The notes below the pieces were generated by a model, which worked only from the letters and a program-made list of their open reading frames with translations, was not told the origin of the DNA and ran no database searches. The position numbers and the translations under genes are program-made. Below are positions 35,201 through 47,200 of a stretch of DNA of 64,000 nucleotides, piece after piece. Numbering within the stretch: the first letter of the stretch is position 1; each line of letters begins with the position of its first letter. The stretch comes from Antedon mediterranea. Taxonomy: Eukaryota > Animalia > Echinodermata. Location: contig NC_092672.1 of NCBI RefSeq assembly GCF_964355755.1, positions 23,821,237 through 23,885,236 on the forward strand. The letters are read 5' to 3'.

Positions 35201-38200
35201 TTATCGTTCAGAATCAAGTATAACAAACAACACACTGGCAAGTATGTTAGTAGGTGTTCAAAATGTACAGTATCCACAGGGATATATATAGTATATATTA
35301 TAAACATCACAGGCACAGAATAAATTCTATATCGCCGGGTGATATACTAAAATTTAATTAATTAAACAATAAAGATGAGGAAATCTGTGAGAATGAGAAA
35401 AAATTGCCCTCACTGAGATTCAAACCCGGAAACCTTCTGCTTGATATGCAAATATCCTAACCATTAGACCACTGGGGCTTTCATGGTATTGTTCAAACTA
35501 GATTGGATAGCAATAACACTCTCGGTGTGGTACGGCGGAACAGCACTAGTCCCTCAGTTGTATGCACACGCACTAGAGATCAAATTGATAGACCCTCATC
35601 TTTCAGTATATATATATATATATATGTAAGTCCTAGAGCAAGCTATTTGATTAGTAATAGTAAAAAATACAATAAAATACAAATTACGACGCACAACGAT
35701 TTTGGTTTTTGCTTAATTATTCAATATCAGCGTATCAAAGGAAAACAAATAGCTGTAAGCTGACCTGGTAGAGAAGCCTTGTACTGATCTGAATTGTTTC
35801 AAGTTAACTTAACAAGGGTATCAACCAGTCATAGATGGGTGCATTATTAGTATAAAAAGAACACAAAACAATAGCTGTAAGCTGACCTGGTAGGGAAGCC
35901 TGTTGCACTGATCTCAATTGTTTCAAGAACACCGCAAGCACGTAGTTGATTTATAACATGAAGATTATCAAAGTTGTCTGGTTGACATTCAAGACTTGGT
36001 TTGATACAGCGGATGTAGTGAGGTGTTGTTTCATGTAAAGTAGCCATAAGACTGTCCAATGAATTCTAAGATACAATTGTTAGATTGTTACCACAAAGAT
36101 TACATGTAAAAACTAAATGGTATCAACCAAAATATGTAAGTAAGTAAATACAAAATGAATTGAGGAAATATGTCTGATAATCAAAAAATAAAATATATAT
36201 ATATTATGTTACATTTTCAATAGAAGTAAAAAAAAAAAATTGTGAAATAATAATAATTTGAGTGATCTTGCAAATGTTTATTTGATTTATTTCAGCATCA
36301 TAACAAACAATCTATATAATATACAGGAAACAAAATATGAAACATCAACAATATACAAAAACAGGGATGCCGAGGATAACCCATAAAAGTCCTTGTTTCC
36401 CTGTTTCTCCCCATTTCAAGAAAAAAAAAGGGTCAAGAAAGCAAAAACAACAACAAAGTAAAAAACCTATCTAAATTCTAAAGCAAGAGCTCGGTCTTGA
36501 AGCTATTTTTTTTATTGATGTTCCATACTAAATTCATCAAGATTCTAAATTAAGTTTTGTATGAGTTTCAATTTTCAGGATTCTGTACCTTAAATTTTGA
36601 TACCACTGTAGAAGTAGTCTTTTTGCCTTTTGTTTTACTTGGATTCTGAAAAAAAAAAAAAAAAATTAACATATTTTAGGTTGAACAAAACTATTAACAT
36701 AACTGACAAGATGCAAAGGCATTATAAATATCACACATTTATTCTTTGTTTAAAAGTTTCATGATGTAACATTGATGAAGACAGAACTTAAAAAGCAATG
36801 GATTTGAACAATAGAGAAAATGGTGTTAGTATAGTTTTAGTATGGTGTTAGTATGGTGTTACTACAGTGTTTGTTTGGTGTTACTAGTGTTAGTTTGATG
36901 TTAGTATGGTGTTATTACAGTGTTAGTTTGATGTTAGTATGGTGTTACTACGATGTTTAAAAACTAATGACAAGATCAATCACCTGTAAACTGGTAACAT
37001 CAGCATCAACTAGTTGTTGCACAAACTTCTTGCTGCTCATTCTAAGCAAATGTACAAGTTCTGCTGGAATACCATCCTAAAAACATCAAATGATACACAA
37101 TAGATCACCTTTTGAACTGCGATAACATTGTAGTTTGACACCGAGCCTTCAGCTATATAATAATATTGTATAAAACAACTATAAACTATTTGACTGCTGA
37201 CCATTGTTTTTATTATTAATGACAGGCTAACCTTTAATTTGTTCCTATACACTATGTTGTATTCTAAAGTTAATAGTAAAATTGTCTAGTCCTTCCTCCT
37301 TGATCTCACTACAATTGTTTTGAATAAATGAGCTAAAATAGTTTAGCAAAAGCAAAAGCTTTTCCCACTTAGGTCGTGTATCCTCTTCTTACACAGGTGA
37401 TAGAGCATTACCTATAGCTACAAACAGCCATTGATACATTTTCCTGTGGCTTTTATTTTCAGTTATAAGATTATGAGAAATGAGTTTAAACAAAGCAGAT
37501 GCAGTATCCCATAATTGTAATGCTTTGAGAAACTATTTATGACCTTCTATCCCCTTTTTTTGTGAATATACTGTAAAACTGGCTTTCAGTTTTAAGTAGA
37601 TTACCTTATTCTTTTCAATTAGACCATCCACTTGGTACGTAACTTTCTCTGCATAATGATGCACAACAAAAGCTGGTGATGTCACTGACATGTGTGCACG
37701 AGATAAGTTTGCACTGCTGATAGTGTCATGAAGAAACTCACCAAATGAACTTGGATCTGAATGTCTGTTTAACTTGCATTGCTATAAACAAGATAAACTT
37801 GCAATTAGTTCATAGAAAGTAAATGACATAATAACATGATTGTGATCTTAGATGGACAGTCTCCACTAAGCACAACAACTTGTAGTTTGCAACTGGTTGT
37901 GGTGCTACTGTACTTTTGCACCTAACTTGAAATCACTGGGCATAGGTCACTCACCATCACTGATGTGCAGCAGGTGAATATTTTTAAATTGGGGTTAAGC
38001 TTGAGGTGCAAAAGTACATCACCAGGTTTTCTAGTGTAAACTAGGCTCAAAAGTTCATTGTTTATCTTCTTACAAACAACAGTTTATTTTTATGGAAAGA
38101 CAAACTATGGTTTGTAAGACAAACTATGGTTTGTAAGACAAACTATGCCTGTATGGTAAAAACCACTGTTTCTCAAAATGTCAAATTCAAAATACGAAGG

Positions 38201-41200
38201 AGTTATTATTTTACGACTCACTGTACTACGATTGAGAAAGGCAAATTCTCAATACATCTTTTTTTACAGCAGTTTATCTTTCAATAAAAAGACAAACTAC
38301 AGAATACAGGTCTTTTCCAACCATAATTGCCGAAAAACTATGACAAATTATTTGTTGTATTTTGCTGTAGAATAGCAACACTTACTTGATTCATAAGTGC
38401 AAATATACTGATGTTGCCTTCAATAACATCAAGACATGTTTTATTGTCAGTAAAGTCTTCAAATTTCCATGGAATTCCCTCAGATTGACAGTCATCCTAA
38501 AATAATATAAACATGGCTGTTTAATCAGCAGTATAATTATGTTTATAAAGGTTCATCATTATCACTGTTAGAGAAAAAAAGTGAATGATAATTCTCATAA
38601 ACTTTAATTATTGTTGTTATCTTAATTATTTTATATTATATTATAATTATACTAGTATTTTGATATTTTTTTTACAAGATTCATTTGATATAAACTAAAA
38701 GAAGTGCCATATTATTTTTCTTCATTTTTTTTTTAAATAAAAGAACTGTTGTTATTATCACTCTTATATGGTGCTAATAAAACACTGTTGCACCAACTGT
38801 ATATTAGCATACTCTATATATAGAAAATAAGTGTGTTGGAATACCTGTTCTGCTTTGAGGAAGTTGTTCACAAAATGTTGCTGAAGCTTCTCATTTGCAT
38901 AATTTATGCATAATTGCTCCAAACTGTTAAATGAAAAACTTTCAAATCCGTAGACATCCAGTAGACCAATGTAAGACTGCCAACTCCTGGCCATGGTACA
39001 GCCATTGATGAATCCAACGAGCCAATCAAAAACTCTGAAACGTTAAACCATAATTTAGTCACAGTCTTCAAAGCTAGTTTTTTTTTGGTAAAACCAAAGT
39101 GGGGTTGAAAAAGTTTGCATGTAAACATTTTCTCCTGTTACATACTAACTACATGACAAAGAAAGAAATTAGGCAGAAAGAAGTCAGGCCATGACAGCAA
39201 GAGAGATTAGGCAGAAAGAAAGAAGTCAGGCCATGACAGAAAGAGAGATTAGGCAGAAAGAAGTCAGGCCATGACATAAAGAGAGATTAGGCAGAAAGAA
39301 AGAAGTCAGGCCATGACAGAAAGAGAGATTAGGCAGAAAGAAAGAAGTCAGGCCATGACAGAAAGAGAGATTAGGCAGAAAGAAGGAAGTCAGGCCATGA
39401 CAGAAAGAGAGATTAGGCAGAAAGAAAGAAGTCAGGTCATGACAGAAAGAGAGATTAGACAGAAAGAAAGAAGTCAGGCCATGACAGAAAGAGAGATTAG
39501 GCAGAAAGAAGGAAGTCAGGCCATGACAGACAGAGAGATTAGGCAGAAAGAAAGAAGTCAGGCCATGACAGCAAGAGAGATTAGGCAGAAAGAAAGAAGT
39601 CAGGCCATGACAGAAAGAGAGATTAGGCAGAGAGAAGGAAGTCAGGCCATGACAGCAAGAGAGATTAGGCAGAAAGAAAGAAGTCAGGCCATGACAGCAA
39701 GAGAGATTAGGCAGAAAGAAGTCAGGCCATGACAGCAAGAGAGATTAGGCAGAAAGAAGTCAGGCCATGACAGCAAGAGAGATTAGGCAGAAAGAAGTCA
39801 GGCCATGACAGCAAGAGAGATTAGGCAGAAAGAAGTCAGGCCATGACAGCAAGAGAGATTAGGCAGAAAGAAGTCAGGCCATGACAGCAAGAGAGATTAG
39901 GCAGAATAAAAATTAAATTAAATTGACTAAGTATTAGAGTTTGCATGTATGTATGTTTATTTTATTTTTGTGAATGTTTAAAGGTGTATGTACGATTTGC
40001 TGTGGGCAATCCGCCTCAGTGCAGCCCAGCATGCATGGGGAAGCAAATAAAAGTTATTGGATATGTACAACATCTTCTGTGGGTTTGTTTTGAATGTATA
40101 ACAGGTCAGTAAATAGGCAAATACTGCACAACAAGAATCATTTTCAAAAGAGTAAATAGGTTTCTTTCATTACAAACAAATATAGCTTTAATGTTTGTAA
40201 AATACCTGGCATAGAGTAACTTTGCAAGACAATCTCTCCTTGTATGACATTCATCTTTTAAGCAAGGTTTCATAAAGACACTCTTTCTATGCTTGTGAGA
40301 TGCAGTGATTTGTCGGAATGCAAGACATCTAGTTAAGGCATCAACATCAAGACCAAGTAACTGTGCAGCAGCATTAACATATGTGGTGTCAACTCCTGAT
40401 GAAGCAACACCAATAGTACAACAATATGATATATTGAATAATTAGTAAATTAGAAAATCTCTCTTTGGCTGAAATATTTTATCAACATTTTTTGAAGATG
40501 GAGAAGAATATTAATAAGATTATTTAAGATTTTAAAATGACATAATTATTAACGATATTTTTTGTATATATTTTTTGGGCAACCTATCGTAATATTAAGC
40601 TATTCCTTAGGTCTGTTTTTAGTTATTTTTCATATATTATATTATGGTAGAAATAAAAACAAATTAAAAAATACTAAAACGATATATAAACTGTTGATAG
40701 AATATTTTGAATCATAAAAAAATGCCAATTTACTTTAGATTTAAAATTCTAATAAAATTTAAAAAAACAGTATTATAAATATAAGCTATTAAAACTTTAA
40801 GGTCGGAACTACTTTAAGCTGAACTATAAATACTGTATGCAATCTTAAAGGTTGCAACTACTTTAAGCTGAACTATAAATACTGTATGCAATCTTAAAGG
40901 TTGCAACTACTTTAAGGTAAACTATAAATACTGTATGCAATCTTAAAGGTCGCAACTACTTTAAGCTAAACTATAAATACTGTATGCAATCTTAAAGGTC
41001 GCAACTACTTTAAGCTAAACTATAAATACTGTATGCAATCTTTTTATTGGTATAATACAGAAAATAATTAAACAGCATAACCTTTATATCATTTACCTTG
41101 TTTTTCAGAATCAATTTCACATGGTCCAGTGACATCATCATCACTAATAAACTCTACATTTCCAAGATGAAGTATACCACTTAGAACCTACAAATAAACA

Positions 41201-44200
41201 CATTTCAAATACAATTCAATAATTCAAAAATAGAATTATAACATTACTATTAGATTTATGTATAAAAAACACCACAGTCTATTAAAACACATATTTATAT
41301 ACTGTACTACTAGGTAAAAGTTCACTGATGTTTACTGTCCACATGTGCTGGATTAGTTAAACCAAGGCATCTAAACACATTGCTTTGGTTCAGTTAGTTC
41401 ACTGATGTTTACTGTCCACATGTGCTGGATTAGTTCAACCAAGGCATCTAAACACATTGCTTTGGTTCAGTTTAGTTCACTGATGTTTACTGTCCACATG
41501 TGCTGGATTAGTTCAACCAAGGCATCTAAACACATTGCTTTGGTTCAGTTAGTTCACTGATGTTTACTGTCCACATGTGCTGGATTAGTTGAACCAAGGC
41601 ATCTAAACACATTGCTTTGGTTCAGTTAGTTCACTGATGTTTACTGTCCACATGTGCTGGATTAGTTCAACCAAGGCATCTAAACACATTGCTTTCGTTC
41701 AGTTAGTTCACTGATGTTTACTGTCCACATGTGCTGGATTAGTTCAACCAAGGCATCTAAACACATTGCTTTGGTTCAGTTAGTTCACTGATGTTTACTG
41801 TCCACATGTGCTGGATTAGTTCAACCAAGGCATCTAAACACATTGCTTTGGTTCAGTTAGTTCACTGATGTTTACTGTCCACATGTGCTGGATTAGTTCA
41901 ACCAAGGCATCTAAACACATTGCTTTCGTTCAGTTAGTTCACTGATGTTTACTGTCCACATGTGCTGGATTAGTTCAACCAAGGCATCTAAACACATTGC
42001 TTTGGTTCAGTTAGTTCACTGATGTTTACTGTCCACATGTGCTGAATTAGTTCAACCAAGGCATCTAAACACATTGCTTTCGTTCAGTTAGTTCACTGAT
42101 GTTTACTGTCCACATGTGCTGGATTAGTTCAACCAAGGCATCTAAACACATTGCTTTGGTTCAGTTAGTTCACTGATGTTTACTGTCCACATGTGCTGGA
42201 TTAGTTCAACCAAGGCATCTAAACACATTGCTTTGGTTCAGTTAGTTCACTGATGTTTACTGTCCACATGTGCTGGATTAGTTCAACCAAGGCATCTAAA
42301 CACATTGCTTTGGTTCAGTTAGTTCACTGATGTTTACTGTCCACATGTGCTGGATTAGTTCAACCAAGGCATCTAAACACATTGCTTTGGTTCAGTTAGT
42401 TCACTGATGTTTACTGTCCACATGTGCTGGATTAGTTCAACCAAGGCATCTAAACACATTGCTTTGGTTCAGTTAGTTCACTGATGTTTACTGTCCACAT
42501 GTGCTGGATTAGTTCAACCAAGGCATCTAAACACATTGCTTTTGTTCAGTTACTAAGTTTAACCATGTTTTACCAGTGAATTCACTCTTTCCTGGTAAAA
42601 CAATGTTTGTTAAGTAACCAGTTCTAATTAAGTAAAAGTTTCTTACTTTAAATAATTCTTGTTGCTGTGACCTGCTAAAGTCCAACATTAGCCATCGCTT
42701 ACTAACTAATTAAGTAAAAGTTTCTTACTTTAAATAATTCTTGTTGCTGTGACCTGCTAAGTCCAACATTACACATTGCTTGCTTTGTAATTATAAAATC
42801 TTGTTTATCCTTTTGATTACATGCATCTTCTGAACGGTTTAGTTTCACATAGTTTAAGTTGTCTGAACTCAATACATTTGGTAGTAACCAGTTCCTCATT
42901 TCCCTTTCATTTCCGCCAAACAGCATCTATGATAATTTGAAAGAAGAAATGTTAATGATATTATTAAAAAGACTAATAATGAGAATATAAACTAATAATA
43001 TATTTCATGCTTTGATAACATTAGTAGAGTGAGTGCTTTCTTGCCCTATATTACAAAATATTACAAAGTGACAATTTTGTTTCAAGATGTTTAATATCAG
43101 TACCAGAAAGATCCTTTTCACATCTGCCTACATTGATCTCCAGACTTATTACATGTTTTCATATTTACTCACGAACCTTGTGAAATCACGGGAGAAGTAT
43201 TGTCATTGTACAGTTGGGGGTGCTATCATTAGCGCAACCTCAAGTTTGTGAAAAAAAAACGTCACGCTCCGATACTTTCAAACAGGTGTGCGGTCAGTTA
43301 AATACCAGGACAAAGCACAAATGCGCAGAACAAACAAAAAAACAAGCCCCTGTGAATATCAGTAGAATTTTAACAACCTGATTACAACCAAAGGGTATAT
43401 GTTTGCTATTAGCCTACTCACTTTAGAAACATGGCAACAGAAATAAATTGCAGGGTTTTCTCTAACCTGCAGAAAATATGCAAATGTATCACAGTTCCAA
43501 CAGTTAAGTTAAACAGTTGGTTATCCGGTTTAAAGGTACACAAAAATGAAACATAACTAATACTAACTTGGTAAAAGATGTGAAAATTCCTGGCACCATC
43601 ACATTGATAAACAACTCTAGTTTTCTCAAGAAGATATGTCTGAATAGAAGCACCAACAACATGATTTCCACTGAAAACAAAATTGGAAAGTTAAAATAAG
43701 AATTCCTCTTGTGTGTAATTTCATTCTTCCCTGCTATGACACACAAAATGGCATATGTAGAAACACTTGAACATTGACAAATAAACATAATGTATGAAAC
43801 TTACTGACTGAATTGTAGCTGAATGTACTTTCCAAAGCGGCTACTATTGTGATTCCTGGTTGTGCTAGCATTGCCTAAAAAAATGAAATAATAGTTGTCT
43901 AACAGAGATGGAGTTGTAGGGAGGTGTAGGGTACTGGGTGGCAAAAGATTAATATTACTGTATATATATATATACTGGTACAGGCCATCAAATATTGCCA
44001 TCAATTGCAATTAATTCTACTAGTCTTAATGATACCAAATCTGCCAAAAATTTAATTTGAGTAGGGTACTGGCAATCCTCAGGGTGCTGCACCGCTGTGT
44101 TGTCATGTATGTTTGCCTGAAAATTAAATAAAATAAAAAATAAATAAAAATAAATAAAATCTCACGAAATTCATATTTAGAACATACTGTAAGTTGGCCA

Positions 44201-47200
44201 CTGCTGATCAACAGTTTTAGCCTATATATTATATTAGGAGTTTAAAGGATTTTGGCACCATGACTGAAGGTTAAAGATTATGCTAGAATTACAAAATGTA
44301 AAATCAGTACACAAACTGCTTTAAATTAGCATTTTAAATTTCATTTTACATAAAGCGTTAATCAATTTTAGGTTAGGTGTAGCTTTATTTATTTATTTTT
44401 AAATCAGTATGATACTTATTGACTTTTATATTTCAGTTTTCTCAGGGAAGAGTTAAATTACAATTTAATTTAACTCTTCCCTGGTTTTCTTGTAATTGTA
44501 ATGGTACACTATCATTATGCTCATTTTTATTTGGTTCTCATCTCTTTATCGACTGTTCTTATTCTATTTTTTTCTTTATCTGTTGATGATAATGATGATG
44601 AATATAGAAAATTTGATATATTGATATGATTTAAAAATGCTGATTTTGTATATTTAACAAAAATAAAGGTGCTTCTTCTAGCGATGTTTCTTAGGACCAT
44701 AACAGTACATAGATGTTTTTACATTTGAGAATGACATGTGTATCTTACTGTACTTTATTAAAGATAAACATAATAATTACCAAATGCTTCAAGAATAGGA
44801 TTTGAGTCTAATATTCTACGTTCAATGCAATCTGCTGGTGATGGTGTAAAACCACTATGAACAAAAAGACAACAAGTTATCACAAATAAGTAACAAAACA
44901 GAGACAAATCTATAATTATGATGAAATAAAAACTGTAATTTTACATACATGAGAGTGTTTAATGATATTAAATTAAATGTGTTTATTTTTATTACCCAGG
45001 GTTACATACTGCCACCATTGTCAGATATTTTAGTAAACATCTTGCATTCCATGTCTGTAATAAAACAATAATAAATAACAGAGAATAACAAACGTTTTTG
45101 TATTTTCACAAAAAATATTGACAAACTGCCTTTGTGAAAATGGGTTGCCAACATTCCCTCTTTGCACGTCTGGCAAGCATTTATGTGACATTCAATAAAT
45201 GCTGATTTTGTAACAGTGTCCTTTGAAACAGTAAAAACAAATTATAGCACTCTCTATTACTTGTCCATGCTTTGAGCCTCTCTATTTTTATTCAAGTTTG
45301 GGCCTCTCTATTATTTTAAAATAAACAAGAAATGGTTTTAAAGGTAAAAAATTGACTCTGATTACATTGGTGAAAACAAACGTAAAACAGAAATTGTTGA
45401 ATTACCTTTCCAGAACCACTTTCACCGCTGACAATTATTGACTGATTAATCTTGTCTAGTCTTCTAGTAAGATTACACAAAGCTGTTTCTGCAATTCCAA
45501 ATACATGTGGTGGGTGTGCCTGAAAAAAAAAAAAATAAAGATGTATATTCCCCAAAAAACATGAAAATGAGGATTAATAAAATCAAGCCATTTTGCTGTT
45601 TTAAAAAAGTTATTCATTTTAAAGAAATAAAAACAAACAAATATAGTGTTTTTACTTTAAAAAAAGACAAAATTAATGGTTAAACTTAACCAAATGTTAA
45701 AAAATTACAGTTTTTCAGGTAAATAATGTTTTTTTTTCCAATTTTTGGTCAAAGTGAATAACTACAGTATTATGTGACATAAAATAGCATATTCAGCAAA
45801 ACAATTATCTTTTCAGAGGAGCTCTGCATATATCTCTAAGTTCTCACTTCTAAGTGCAACTGAGGACATATTAATATTTTTGCCCAATATTGAAGATAAA
45901 GTGAAGTCAAGATTTTAATAGTGATGTCACCAACATATCAATTTTCCTAAAAATCAATAGTATACTAGCAAATTATTGTTTACCTTTTGATCACTATGGT
46001 AACGATGAATCATATGAACATCAAAATGTCCAGTTTCTTTGAAAGGATTTAAAGTAACAAGGGTGTTGCCAGTCTGAGTGTGGTATCTACCAGCTAAGTA
46101 GCGCTCACGTAAACAGTTCAGCACTATGAACAGAAAACATTAGAAGTAACAAGTGTGTTGCCAGTCTGAGTGTGGTATCTACCAGCTAAGTACCGCTCAT
46201 GTAAACAGTTCAGCACTATGAACAGAAAACATTTTGTTAAGTAACAAGTGTGTTGCCAGTCTGAGTGTGGTATCTACCAGCTAAGTACCGCTCATGTAAA
46301 CAGTTCAGCACTATGAACAGAAAACATTTTGTTAAGTAACAAGTGTGTTGCCAGTCTGAGTGTGGTATCTACCAGCTAAGTACCGCTCATGTAAACAGTT
46401 CAGCACTATGAACAGAAAACATTTTGTTAAGTAACAAGTGTGTTGCCAGTCTGAGTGTGGTATCTACCAGCTAAGTACCGCTCACATAAACAGTTCAGCA
46501 CTATGAACAGAAAACATTAGAAGTAACAAGTGTGTTGCCAGTCTAAGTGTGGTATCTACCAGCTAAGTACTGCTCAAGTGTGTTGCCCATATTTTGTCAA
46601 ATTTTCTTCAAATTATTTGCTGTTCTACTCTAAAAATGTATTACTGAACTATAAATTTTATTTTAAAGTGAGTATTTAATTTGGAAAAATTTGAAGGAAA
46701 ATGTTGGATTCATCCAAATTGTGGTCTTTGATCTCTAATTAGTTAGAGGGAGGCAACAGCTAATGGTAAAAAATAGGTGATCATCTGGCTTTAAATTAGA
46801 TTGAGCTTTTAATTAAAGGGGTCTTTAATAGAAGGAAGACCTGTATAGTAGTAACAACCATTGAAACATGTGTCTACTATTAATTCGCTTACCAGCAGGT
46901 TCTGAGAGAGGATTAATCAAGACAAGATCATCTGTATTGATCCAATCTGTTTGAGTACACAGCACTGGATAGCCAGCATGACCACGTATCACAACCTCCT
47001 AGACAATGAAGTTACAAGCAATATTTAAAATACATTATATAGAATACTTAGTAGCAAGGTTGGGTTGTTGACATAGATGGTATGCTTCCCTCCCCTCCTT
47101 ACCTCACAATTATATTTTGTGTCTATAATCTTGCCATCACTAAAACATGAATCAACACACGCTGGAACCCAAACCTCTTACCTGGCCATTAGATTTAGTG

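Noticed and set aside
35405-35478. Functional tRNA gene
   Set aside because: The T-arm and anticodon arm are mismatched and the B-box is altered (GTTTGA).
39226-39738. Repeat ORFs on both strands
   Set aside because: 42-bp intronic minisatellite; the frame is broken by 38-bp variants.
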